From an uncultured Muribaculaceae bacterium (GTDB taxonomy: Bacteria; Pseudomonadota; Alphaproteobacteria; Rs-D84), in contig OZ246409.1 of assembly GCA_965231035.1 (NCBI GenBank), positions 481,101-513,100 of the forward strand: a stretch of DNA of 32,000 bases, in the 5' to 3' direction. Position 1 is the stretch's first letter. Each line of letters begins with the position of its first letter. The notes beneath the pieces are model-generated. The model was given only the letters and a program-made list of their open reading frames with translations, had not been told where the DNA came from and searched no databases. Position numbers and translations under genes: made by a program. This document shows positions 9,241 to 20,037 of this stretch, one piece after another.

Positions 9241-9828
9241 ATGAAGAATTATATTTTCGCATTTTTACCACTTTTTATACTGGTATCACCAGCAATTGCT
9301 GATGATAACCCGTTTTTTGGAACCGCACGTAACCAAATTGCTGTGAATATCGGTCAGGGTTTTAATTCATTCAGTTTGATACCAACACCTGATATGCCAG
9401 TACCATTTAATATGATACAAATTCAGTATTCACAACCAACAGAATTCTTTCGTATGCCAGCCAGACGTTCGTTGAACGCAATTCAAACTATTGGTTATGG
9501 TAAGAAATATCAGTATACCGATTATGTTAAAACATTTGAATGGGATTGGACAAAGTATTCTGAACAAATCGCCTTGTTGTCCGAAGATGTTATACTTTAC
9601 AACACAACCAAGTTTTACTTTGGTGCTGGACTGGCCGTTGGTATCCAGGGTCAGGAAAACGAACGCGAAGGAACAAAATTTTTAACCGGATTTAAACTGC
9701 TTGCCGGATATAAGATTTCGGAAAAATTTAATTCAGAATTGTTTATGCAACATTTTTCAAACGGCAGCACTGATCCACAAAATTATTCTTATAATTTCTG
9801 GGGTTTGGGGGTTTCTTATAATTTCTAA
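9241..9828 (+). CDS. PagL-like lipid A 3-O-deacylase / acyloxyacyl hydrolase outer-membrane beta-barrel
   Basis: Signal peptide MKNYIFAFLPLFILVSPAIA from ATG 9241. The ORF-track start at 9190 overlaps the tRNA promoter. C-terminal catalytic-type motif HFSNG and terminal aromatic residues (GLGVSYNF). Confidence 0.6.
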   Translation: MKNYIFAFLPLFILVSPAIADDNPFFGTARNQIAVNIGQGFNSFSLIPTPDMPVPFNMIQIQYSQPTEFFRMPARRSLNAIQTIGYGKKYQYTDYVKTFEWDWTKYSEQIALLSEDVILYNTTKFYFGAGLAVGIQGQENEREGTKFLTGFKLLAGYKISEKFNSELFMQHFSNGSTDPQNYSYNFWGLGVSYNF

Positions 9829-10491
9829 TTACCAATTTATTGGACTTGAACCATTTTTAACTAAATATTCGTTTGTACGTGAAAATTGATGATTACCAAA
9901 GAATCCGCGATGTGCAGATAATGGCGATGGATGAACACTTTTTAATATTAGATTTTCAGAAGTATTTACAAATTCTGCTTTTTTCTGGGCATAACTTCCC
10001 CACAACAAATAAACAATGTTTTTACGTGTTGTCAGCGCACTAATTACCGCGTCTGTAAATTGCTCCCACCCCTTACCTGCATGAGAAGCCGCTGTATGTG
10101 CCTGAACAGTCAAAGTTGAATTCAACAATAATACGCCCTGCTCGGCCCATTTTGTTAAATCGCCATTTGTTATACTTTTTCGACCCAGATCGTTTTCAAT
10201 TTCTTTATAAATATTTATTAATGACGGTGGAAGTTTTATGCCATCTTGGACTGAAAAACAAAGGCCGTGAGCTTGCCTCGGTTCATGATATGGATCTTGC
10301 CCAATTATTACAACCCTAACTTTATCAAATGGGCATAAATTAAAAGCGTTGAACACGTTTGCTGGTGCCGGATAGACGGTTTTACCAGATAAATATTCAG
10401 AGCGTACAAAATCAGTTAATTTGATAAAATAATCTTTATCAAATTCCGCACCCAACACCTGTTTCCAAGATTCTTCAATTTTTACATTCAT
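9829..10491 (-). CDS. ung: uracil-DNA glycosylase, family 1
   Basis: 220 aa. GQDPYH and HPSPLSA motifs. The ATG overlaps the upstream stop as ATGA. Confidence 0.95.
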   Translation of the reverse strand: MNVKIEESWKQVLGAEFDKDYFIKLTDFVRSEYLSGKTVYPAPANVFNAFNLCPFDKVRVVIIGQDPYHEPRQAHGLCFSVQDGIKLPPSLINIYKEIENDLGRKSITNGDLTKWAEQGVLLLNSTLTVQAHTAASHAGKGWEQFTDAVISALTTRKNIVYLLWGSYAQKKAEFVNTSENLILKSVHPSPLSAHRGFFGNHQFSRTNEYLVKNGSSPINW

Positions 10492-10829
10492 GTCAAATTT
10501 TCAACCTTGTTTTTTAATATTTTATATCTTTCTATTGTTTCTTTATCATGAAAGTTTCTTTTTATAAAAATAGAATTTTCATAATTTACTGTTTCTGTAA
10601 ATTGATCTTTTGTTGAATCTATTATTTCTCCATCTATAAAATTAAAGAAGTGAGATACACCATTAACTTTTATTTTTCTTATTTCTCCACCAAATTTATC
10701 TTGAATACATAATGCTGAAACAGAACATTGTCCTGTTGATTTTGGTTCTCTTTTATCATTATAAAGAGATGTTTCCGCAGACCAACACTTTGAAAGTTTT
10801 TCAATAAACTTTATAATATCTTTATTCAT
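10488..10829 (-). CDS. YunG-like small protein of unknown function
   Basis: Motif pattern CWSAETS...STGQCSVSALCIQDKFGGEI...HFFNFIDGEIIDSTKDQF, matching the YunG-type family as I remember it. The likely start, ATG 10829, overlaps the upstream stop (ATGA). The ORF-track start at 10862 would overlap the upstream gene by 37 nt. Confidence 0.4.
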   Translation of the reverse strand: MNKDIIKFIEKLSKCWSAETSLYNDKREPKSTGQCSVSALCIQDKFGGEIRKIKVNGVSHFFNFIDGEIIDSTKDQFTETVNYENSIFIKRNFHDKETIERYKILKNKVENLT

Positions 10830-11479
10830 AATTTTATGTATCCATTCTGACAGGCCTTCCACAGGACAACATCAATATACCCGCGTGGCAGACCAGTTTC
10901 AGATTCAAGAAAAGAAAACATATTATCGCAAACTGATTTTATTTCTGGGTTTAGTTTTCCGTTATCTATTTTATCGTTTAGATTAAAGTCCCCACTGTGT
11001 AGCACGCCCAGCCTTTGAATCCAAATATCATATTTTACAACATTTTCACCCAGGTTTCTTGCCAGATGATTTGCAGTAATTTTTCCAATATGTGGTAACG
11101 ATGTTAAAAATGTAATTTTTGAATCCAGATCAGAAATTGAATAATAATCATTTCTGTATTTTTCGCGATTCTGCCAAATTTTTAAAATCGCACCTGTCTT
11201 ATTTTTGTTATTAAAGATTTTTAATAAATCTTCATGATTCGCTAAAATACCGGCTTTTTTGATATAATTTATAATTTCGGCATGTTTTCTTTTGGCAGTT
11301 TTTTGTGAAAAACCCCCAGCCAAAATTACATAGGCAACCATTTCTGCAAATTCATCCGGGGACAGTATTTTTTTGTTCACAAGATTGGCTTTGATTTCAT
11401 CAAATGAACTTGAATCCGAATCCAAACCTGCTGCACGCAGATTTTTTTCTAATTCAAAAAACCAATCGCGTGTGAACAT
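10826..11479 (-). CDS. HhH-GPD superfamily DNA glycosylase-like protein (no Fe-S cluster)
   Basis: The helix-hairpin-helix region LPHIGKITANHLARNLGENVVKYDIWIQRL aligns with EndoIII LPGVGRKTANVVLN....VDTHIFRV, and the catalytic Asp position is conserved. Upstream helix VILAGGFSQKTAKRK. The ATG at 11479 overlaps the upstream TGA; the track uses TTG 11482. Confidence 0.5.
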   Translation of the reverse strand: MFTRDWFFELEKNLRAAGLDSDSSSFDEIKANLVNKKILSPDEFAEMVAYVILAGGFSQKTAKRKHAEIINYIKKAGILANHEDLLKIFNNKNKTGAILKIWQNREKYRNDYYSISDLDSKITFLTSLPHIGKITANHLARNLGENVVKYDIWIQRLGVLHSGDFNLNDKIDNGKLNPEIKSVCDNMFSFLESETGLPRGYIDVVLWKACQNGYIKL

Positions 11480-11772
11480 CAAGACTCTTTCCAGCTTTCT
11501 ATTTTTTCAGACCATTTATCTGGCATTTTATTATCAAGGTAATTCCAAATCTCTTTATCAGAAAAGTTATAAATCTTTTTTATGAATTCCAACATAATAT
11601 AAACATCTGCTGTTTCTTCAAAAATATCTTTTATGTTATCTTTTCCTCTATAAATATTTTTCATAAGTTCTGCTGTTAATTCATTGCACTCTACAATTGT
11701 GCCTATTACAGCAAAATCTTTACCTTTATATTTTAAAATATCATTAAGTATTTGTTCTGTTTTTTTATTCAT
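11479..11772 (-). CDS. MazG-like all-alpha nucleoside triphosphate pyrophosphohydrolase (small single-domain type)
   Basis: ExxE...EExxD signature: IVECNELTAEL and FEETADVYIML. ATG 11772 is preceded by an AAAGG SD, 12-18 nt after the gyrB stop. The track start is TTG 11778. Confidence 0.55.
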   Translation of the reverse strand: MNKKTEQILNDILKYKGKDFAVIGTIVECNELTAELMKNIYRGKDNIKDIFEETADVYIMLEFIKKIYNFSDKEIWNYLDNKMPDKWSEKIESWKES

Positions 11773-11790
11773 AAACAAACCTTTTATATC

Positions 11791-14190
<2,400 letters not shown>

Positions 14191-14223
14191 TTAACTTCCT
14201 TTTGTTTTTCTTTCTTTTTTACC

Positions 14224-14251
14224 TGAAAAAGATAGCAATTTTTGGTATAAT
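14224..14251 (+). promoter_or_regulatory. candidate promoter with extended -10 for the RusA-like gene
   Basis: TGAAAA (14224-14229), 16-nt spacer, TGgTATAAT (14243-14251). An AAGGGG SD lies 6 nt before ATG 14297. Confidence 0.4.
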
Positions 14252-14296
14252 TAGCAAGTAAAAAGGCATAAAAAACACCATAAAAAGGGGTCTTAA

Positions 14297-14866
14297 ATGA
14301 AGTTTAAATTACTGTATTTCGGAGACGTTTTATCAAATCCAAAAAAGCGTGCCCAGCATATCGCTGATATTCGTATGCAATTTCATCCTCAGTTAAAAAA
14401 ATTGATTGAACACAGTCCTTGGAACAACCTTAGCAATTATATGATGCCTGATGCTAAAAAAAGTCCAATTATAACAAAGCATATCGGTGGGATTGATTGG
14501 AACCCTATAATTACACCAACATTAAAAATGATTGCAGAACTGGATATTCAGATGTTACATCCAGAAATTGTAGGAGTGGCCAGAACGGATGTTGATAACC
14601 GTGTAAAAACAATTATGGATGGTTTACGTTGTCCACAAAATGAACATGAAATTGGTGAAAACACACCTAAAAATATGGGTCCAATTTATACTCTTTTGGA
14701 TGACGATCACTTGGTTACAAAAATATCAGTTAATACAAGCCATTTATTATCAAAAGATCTTTTCAAAAATGTTTTGAACGGTGTCAATGAACCGGTCTTT
14801 ATGATGATTGATGTAAACGTTCGTGTGGTTGAAGGGACTTTGGATAATTTACCATTTATGGTTTAA
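14297..14866 (+). CDS. divergent RusA-like endonuclease-fold protein (hypothetical)
   Basis: 189 aa. RTDVDNRVKTIMDGL ... LLDDDHLV reproduces the RusA catalytic pattern DxDNxxKxxxDxL ... DDxxV. There is a roughly 20-aa insertion between the two halves and an extra N-terminal region of about 85 aa. Confidence 0.4.
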   Translation: MKFKLLYFGDVLSNPKKRAQHIADIRMQFHPQLKKLIEHSPWNNLSNYMMPDAKKSPIITKHIGGIDWNPIITPTLKMIAELDIQMLHPEIVGVARTDVDNRVKTIMDGLRCPQNEHEIGENTPKNMGPIYTLLDDDHLVTKISVNTSHLLSKDLFKNVLNGVNEPVFMMIDVNVRVVEGTLDNLPFMV

Positions 14867-14870
14867 TAAA

Positions 14871-14896
14871 AAACCGGCAAAATGCCGGTTTTTTTG
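14871..14896. terminator. bidirectional Rho-independent terminator shared by the RusA-like gene and the pilus-like operon
   Basis: AAAAA-ACCGGCA-AAA-TGCCGGT-TTTTTT. A perfect 7-bp stem with an A-run and a T-run, between two convergent stops. Confidence 0.75.
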
Positions 14897-15967
14897 TTAA
14901 GTTAATGCAGCTGTGATTTGATCCTGCATTTGGAATGTTCCGAATACAACCCAACCTATAATCAAAGAAATAAGTAAAACTCCAACACTATTTAAGGTAT
15001 TTGATATAGATTCCATTTTTCTGACTGATTCATCCAAATAATCATTTGCTATCTTGGAAAGATTTTGATCAAAGGAATTCATATCTGCGTAAATTGCCAA
15101 ATCACCTGCAATTTCATCGTTTGGAAAATTACGGCCTGTATTTGCCAGTGCAGTACCCAAATTATCACCGTTCGCAATAAAATGCAGTGTCAAGTTCAAT
15201 ATGTTTTTAAGATAACTTGAAGAGTTATCTGCTAACATTTTAATTGCCACAGGAACTGTACAGCCAGAAGCAACCATCGAAGACATAGACATTAACCAAC
15301 TAACAGAAACCTGGATTTTATACATATTCCAAGGGGGTAAACCATCAAACAAATTTCTAATTCTGCCAGACCAATTACCCAAACTGAACCATATAATAAT
15401 AATTGCACCAAAGAAAACAGTAACAAAAGCCGGCCAATATTGTGTCGAAAAATTCGCAACCCAAACCAAAGATGCAGCAGATCCACGCCATACAACTTCT
15501 GTTCCGGCTGCTTCGGTCAATGGTGGGACCAAATACATCCCCACCATTACGATAATTCCAATTGTCAATGCTAATAAAAATAATGGGTATGCCAATGCAG
15601 AAAATATTGCTCTTTTCATTTTTTGGCTACCATCTGTGACACGTGTAATATTATCCAAAGCAATTGATAATTTTGAAACATCACCCAATGTTAACAATAA
15701 AGTTTCTTCTGTTGGAACCCAGCCACGTGTAGCTTCGGGAAAAGATTGTCCACGTTCCAGATTCTTTTGCCACGCACGCATTAATATTGCAAAAGGCTCG
15801 TTAGGTTTAATACCTCCGCGGGATTCTATTTGTTCTATACGACCCAAAGCTTCCATCAAGGTAAAATCATTACGCAGTAAAGAAGACAGCTTACGATAAG
15901 TCGCCATTCTTTTTTCTGTATTTATTTTAAAAAGAAGTTTTGCATACAGCAAATCCAATTTTGACAT
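14897..15967 (-). CDS. type IV pilus / T2SS platform protein, GspF/PilC family (PilR/BfpE/TcpE-like)
   Basis: About 356 aa. Polytopic, with three hydrophobic segments (LAYPLFLLALTIGIIVMVGMYLV, YWPAFVTVFFGAIIIIWF, VGVLLISLIIGWVVFG). Size and position directly after the ATPase fit this family. ATG 15967 overlaps the ATPase stop (TGATG). Confidence 0.8.
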   Translation of the reverse strand: MSKLDLLYAKLLFKINTEKRMATYRKLSSLLRNDFTLMEALGRIEQIESRGGIKPNEPFAILMRAWQKNLERGQSFPEATRGWVPTEETLLLTLGDVSKLSIALDNITRVTDGSQKMKRAIFSALAYPLFLLALTIGIIVMVGMYLVPPLTEAAGTEVVWRGSAASLVWVANFSTQYWPAFVTVFFGAIIIIWFSLGNWSGRIRNLFDGLPPWNMYKIQVSVSWLMSMSSMVASGCTVPVAIKMLADNSSSYLKNILNLTLHFIANGDNLGTALANTGRNFPNDEIAGDLAIYADMNSFDQNLSKIANDYLDESVRKMESISNTLNSVGVLLISLIIGWVVFGTFQMQDQITAALT

Positions 15968-17598
15968 CAATAAACCCCTGGCTGATCAAGTAATCCGACC
16001 CAACGTTCCAACTCGTCAACACTGATTATTCCTTGTAACATTAATTCCATTGCTGATTCTTTCAAAGTGCGTCCATCCAGGTTTTCCAACCAATAGCGCG
16101 TTGCACCATTTGTATCACCAGATAATGCCAAGCGCAAAAACTCACTGTCTGTTATGATTATTTCGCCAGCCTTGATACGACCAATTGTGCCTGTGCCTTT
16201 ACATTCTTCGCATCCAGCACCACGGATATAAACCTGCTGTAACCCAATTTCACCAAAAGCATCCAGAACACGTTTGTATGCCGAGTGATTTGGGTGATCC
16301 ACTAATCTTTCGCGACAATACGGACAAACTTTTTTAAACAAACGCATAGAAACCAATCCACGCATCATTGTCTCATCTTTCAACTTAAACGCTTCAATAC
16401 CAATATCCAACAATCTTGTCAACGCCGCCATTGCAGAATTTGCATGCAAAGTTGTCCAAACATTATGACCAGAAAGTGCGCCCTTGACCGTTAATTGTGC
16501 CGCCGCCAAAGTTCTAATTTCACCAACCATCAGTGTATCAGGATCACTGCGTAATGCTGCTGCCAAGGCTTCTGTAAATTTTTCTTCACGTTGCTCTTCG
16601 TTTGAAGTATTTACAACCGGCATTTGGTGCGCACCAAATATTTTCTGTTCCGCAGGATCTTCAACAGTTATCATATTAATTTCGTAATTTCTTTCCTTTA
16701 ACATCATCGACATATTACGAACCAATGTTGTTGATTTACCAGAACTGGTTGGACCTGCAACAACCACTAAACCTGTTGGATATGCACGCAGACGCATTAA
16801 CAATCTTTGTTCATATTCATTAAATTCTTGTTCGGTTTTTATACCCTCAGATGGATTATCATACAACAAACGCAAAACAACATATCGACTGCCAAACGCA
16901 ATTGGATTGAATTGCATTCTGATACCGATTATTCCATCAGGCAGATATAAATCTTTGGTTCCTCGAAGTGGTGTGCGACCATCTTTTTGTGCGGCCTGGT
17001 ATTCATTCTGGGCATAGTTGGAATTTGAAATATCAGCAGATGCAAATGCGGCACGAACAAAAGATTCACCCCATTGTGAATTATATTCTGATACAGCCTG
17101 CATACTGCCATCTATACGAAAATAAATTGTGGTTTGATCTGCAACTTCGATATGAATATCTGATACTTTCTTGGCTGATGCACGTGCAATAATATCAACA
17201 AAATCTTTTTGCATCTGGTTATCATAATCCAATCTGGATTTGATATCACCGCCACCTATACGACTTTCATATGTTTTATATATACTGGATAATAATCCCA
17301 GATCAGAATAAAAAGGTGTCAGAACAAGACGATTTTCTTTCTTTAATAAATCCAAAAAAGCCAGCACACGACCATCATATCTGTGTGTTCTGGAAATTAT
17401 AACTTCGCCACCAGAAAAATAAGCAACCAAATTTTGTGTATCTTTGGACAGTTCTAACTCGGCAGCTGTGGCCGTCAACAAACGATTACCATCAGAAAAA
17501 AGAAAATCCACAATATCTTTATTTGGTGAGTTTTCTAATCCAGATGGAACAGATTGCTGAATGTTTTTTTTTGTTAAAATATTGTCTGGGGTATCCAT
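15967..17598 (-). CDS. type IV pilus / T2SS assembly ATPase, GspE/PilB family (BfpD / R64 PilQ-like size)
   Basis: 543 aa. Walker A GPTSSGKST, Asp box TVEDPAE, Walker B LMVGEIR, His box TLHANSA, tetracysteine motif CPYC...CEEC. Confidence 0.92.
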   Translation of the reverse strand: MDTPDNILTKKNIQQSVPSGLENSPNKDIVDFLFSDGNRLLTATAAELELSKDTQNLVAYFSGGEVIISRTHRYDGRVLAFLDLLKKENRLVLTPFYSDLGLLSSIYKTYESRIGGGDIKSRLDYDNQMQKDFVDIIARASAKKVSDIHIEVADQTTIYFRIDGSMQAVSEYNSQWGESFVRAAFASADISNSNYAQNEYQAAQKDGRTPLRGTKDLYLPDGIIGIRMQFNPIAFGSRYVVLRLLYDNPSEGIKTEQEFNEYEQRLLMRLRAYPTGLVVVAGPTSSGKSTTLVRNMSMMLKERNYEINMITVEDPAEQKIFGAHQMPVVNTSNEEQREEKFTEALAAALRSDPDTLMVGEIRTLAAAQLTVKGALSGHNVWTTLHANSAMAALTRLLDIGIEAFKLKDETMMRGLVSMRLFKKVCPYCRERLVDHPNHSAYKRVLDAFGEIGLQQVYIRGAGCEECKGTGTIGRIKAGEIIITDSEFLRLALSGDTNGATRYWLENLDGRTLKESAMELMLQGIISVDELERWVGLLDQPGVY

Positions 17599-17619
17599 AA
17601 TTTTCCCGTAAATTTTTAA

Positions 17620-18282
17620 TTATTTAGATTTACTGATATTCAAGTTTTCTGTAATATCATCCTTTTGAAAAACAACTCCATCATCCAAAGATATTGATTT
17701 TATTGTGTATCCATCCAAAACTTTGCCAACAGAAATCTTTTTATGCTGACCGTTTTCAAGGTTTTCCAATGTTGCCTGCAACTGATTATCTATGCCAATA
17801 ATATCTATCAGTTTATACATATCTGATATTGCTTCTTCTTTTTCTTCATCATCCTTGGCTCTTGCAACAGGTGCTGAGCTTTTTGTTTGATTATTATTTT
17901 GCACACTTGCGGATTGTTTTTGTTTTTCAATTCTGGCAGCTTCTTCTTCCAGTTTTGCTCTTTCATCTGCCAAGGCTTGTTTTTGTTGTTCTGTATTACT
18001 TGATAATGTTTCCATTTCCATACGCAGTTTTTCTTTCTCAGAAGCAAGTCTGTCCATATCCAGATCAATCTGTGCTTTTTCTTTCTGCAATTGCATAATT
18101 ACTTTTTGCTGTTCCAAATCTGTAATCTTTTGAAAAACAGATCCATCAGCATTGTAATCAGAAATAGCATCAGCTGACATTTTGTCAGCTTCCTGATTTT
18201 CATCCGCCATAACAGGTAAAGTAAAAGCACTAAACAATACAAACACTGTCAGCAAAAGATTTTTCATTATTTTATTTTGCAT
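17620..18282 (-). CDS. periplasmic coiled-coil protein with PilP/GspC-HR-like C-terminal domain (PilP/BfpU position)
   Basis: 220 aa. Signal peptide ending PVMA|DE, long coiled coil (QQKVIMQLQKEKAQIDLDMDRLASEKEKLRMEMETL...), low-complexity linker. C-terminal beta domain LIDIIGIDNQLQATLENLENGQHKKISVGKVLDGYTIKSISLDDGVVF. A strong GAGGTGA SD precedes ATG 18282. Confidence 0.45.
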   Translation of the reverse strand: MQNKIMKNLLLTVFVLFSAFTLPVMADENQEADKMSADAISDYNADGSVFQKITDLEQQKVIMQLQKEKAQIDLDMDRLASEKEKLRMEMETLSSNTEQQKQALADERAKLEEEAARIEKQKQSASVQNNNQTKSSAPVARAKDDEEKEEAISDMYKLIDIIGIDNQLQATLENLENGQHKKISVGKVLDGYTIKSISLDDGVVFQKDDITENLNISKSK

Positions 18283-19534
18283 AGATTATCACCTCATAGT
18301 TCCAAGTTCTGGATTCAGCATCCCAGGCACTTCGTGTCATATAGACACCGCTGAAATCGCTAAAAATTTTCATAAATTCTGGTGGTGTTAGTTTAGAAGA
18401 AGCACCTACTTCTACAATATTAACATCAACACTTTCTGTTTCATTAGAAATTGTATTCACAGAAATATTTGTATCCACAGACATATCTAGTTTTTGGAAA
18501 ACTGTATTAACATCTCGTGCAATTGTATTTGGATCTTTTTCTTCCTGTGATGCTTCTGTCTTTATTTCTGGTAATTTTGCACGAACAAAAATCTCTGATT
18601 CTGATTTTTCTTCAACAAAAGCACCAGGCATTAAATCAGTTGCAACTTCGTAAAAATCACCTAAATTACCAAAGCTACGTTTGAAAGTTATACTGGCATA
18701 ATTTTCATTACATTCTGCATTTGTCTGATTCCAACCTGGTACAGGCTGCATCAAAAAAGCAATCGCTTGATAGCATAAATCCGCGCGTTCTTTAACATTT
18801 GGCAAATTATCATACGGCATTTTTAAAGGTTCTGATTGTTTTACTTTTTGCGTATCAAATTTTTTATCCAGCTCTTCGTTTTTCTCTTCGATTTTACGTT
18901 TATACTCTTCTGCCAATATTGGGTTAACATTTGCAATCTGGGGTTTTGGTGTCAACATTTCACTTATAGGTTCTTTGAAAAATTCAGCAATACTAATCAA
19001 GAAAACCATGAACAAAATCAAAGAAAAGATATCTGCCTTTAAATGACTTATTGGTTGTAATGTTGCTTTGACATTTGCAAATACAATTTCTTCCAGTTTT
19101 TTCTCTATAGATCTTGGCATTCCCCACGCAGCAGGCGCAAAGAAAGATCCCCAATCAGGCATTGTTGATAATCTTGTATATTCTGATATTGCTTCGCTTT
19201 CCATATCAAATAAATGGTCTTCGACGATTATACCGTTACGAACAGCAACCAACCAAAACATATTATTTGTCTTGAAAACCGCCAGAAAAGAAGAAAATTC
19301 TGTAAAAGCTTCCATTACCTCGACCGCAGCGCTGGGCATACCAACACTGTGTCCTGAACGTCTGGAACCCAATCCAACCATCGCACGATATTCTGAATAT
19401 AAATTCAGCTTTTTATCAACATTTCTAGATAACTGATGCGCATAATTACGCCCAACAAAGCCAATCGCAACAGGTTGCCAAAACAAACCTGTGGCGTATT
19501 TTTTTTTATCCAAATATATGACTTGATCAACCAA
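18272..19534 (-). CDS. bitopic pilus-assembly protein, R64 PilO / BfpC-like (cytoplasmic domain - TM - periplasmic domain)
   Basis: N-terminal YATGLFWQP-type motif, one central TM (IFSLILFMVFLISIAEFF), about 420 aa, positioned immediately upstream of the PilP-like, ATPase and platform genes. The preferred start is TTG 19534, with a GAGAGAGA SD. The track start, TTG 19591, coincides with the -35 hexamer of the predicted promoter for this gene. Confidence 0.5.
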   Translation of the reverse strand: MVDQVIYLDKKKYATGLFWQPVAIGFVGRNYAHQLSRNVDKKLNLYSEYRAMVGLGSRRSGHSVGMPSAAVEVMEAFTEFSSFLAVFKTNNMFWLVAVRNGIIVEDHLFDMESEAISEYTRLSTMPDWGSFFAPAAWGMPRSIEKKLEEIVFANVKATLQPISHLKADIFSLILFMVFLISIAEFFKEPISEMLTPKPQIANVNPILAEEYKRKIEEKNEELDKKFDTQKVKQSEPLKMPYDNLPNVKERADLCYQAIAFLMQPVPGWNQTNAECNENYASITFKRSFGNLGDFYEVATDLMPGAFVEEKSESEIFVRAKLPEIKTEASQEEKDPNTIARDVNTVFQKLDMSVDTNISVNTISNETESVDVNIVEVGASSKLTPPEFMKIFSDFSGVYMTRSAWDAESRTWNYEVIIYAK

Positions 19535-19561
19535 ATTATGTCTCTCTCTGGTATTTGTATG

Positions 19562-19591
19562 ATTATAACACAAAAGCAAAATAAATAGCAA
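19562..19591 (-). promoter_or_regulatory. sigma70-like promoter with extended -10 for the four-gene pilus-like operon
   Basis: On the minus strand: TTGCTA (19591-19586), 18-nt spacer, TGTTATAAT (19570-19562). Confidence 0.45.
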
Positions 19592-19632
19592 ACACAGAAT
19601 AGCTTGTTTACCGGCTTTTTAACAATATTAAA

Positions 19633-19654
19633 AAGGGACGAAAATTCATCCCTT
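19633..19654 (-). terminator. weak hairpin terminator candidate after the lipoprotein gene
   Basis: On the minus strand: AAGGGA-(10-nt loop)-TCCCTT followed by TTTAATATT. The stem is only 6 bp and the loop is large. Confidence 0.3.
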
Positions 19655-19675
19655 TATTTTGTATTAAAAATTGCT

Positions 19676-20023
19676 TTATTTATTTGTTTGAACAAAACGT
19701 GGGTTTGGACAATCATAAACATTGGCAGTCAGTATAAATGCACGTTCTGGGCCAAATATTACCCATTCATTTGGACGTGTTCTTTGACTGGTTACCCAAT
19801 AAGCGTTTCCAGGTCTGGATTGATCTGCAATTCTATTTTCCAAATATCTACGAGCGTCGTCAGCATCATAAACCGAAACCTCGGATTCTATTTTATAAAG
19901 ATACACACAACCATTTGGTTCTGAATCCAATTTTACCAGATATTCACTGCCGTTTTGGTTTTTAACAAATCCCCCACAGCCAGCCAAAGCCAGTACAAAG
20001 GAAAAAATAGCTATTTTTTTCAT
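19676..20023 (-). CDS. small lipoprotein of unknown function
   Basis: Lipobox FVLALAG|C after MKKIAIFS. ATG 20023 has a GGGG SD; the alternative ATG 20035 lies 2 nt after the lpxC stop. Confidence 0.6.
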   Translation of the reverse strand: MKKIAIFSFVLALAGCGGFVKNQNGSEYLVKLDSEPNGCVYLYKIESEVSVYDADDARRYLENRIADQSRPGNAYWVTSQRTRPNEWVIFGPERAFILTANVYDCPNPRFVQTNK

Positions 20024-20037
20024 TTTAAACCCCATTT

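Noticed and set aside
18471-18479. DnaA-box-like 9-mers (GTATCCACA at 18471; ATATCCACA at 31245), possibly indicating an origin near gyrB.
   Set aside because: These are single 8/9 matches buried in coding sequence. They are not clustered, and there is no adjacent AT-rich unwinding element or dnaA/dnaN.
19535-19591. Upstream TTG start (19591) for the PilO-like gene, giving the N-terminus MLFILLLCYNHTNTRERHN.
   Set aside because: This stretch contains the best promoter for the operon (TTGCTA-N18-TGTTATAAT). The in-frame TTG at 19534 has a GAGAGAGA SD. The extension looks like translated promoter DNA.
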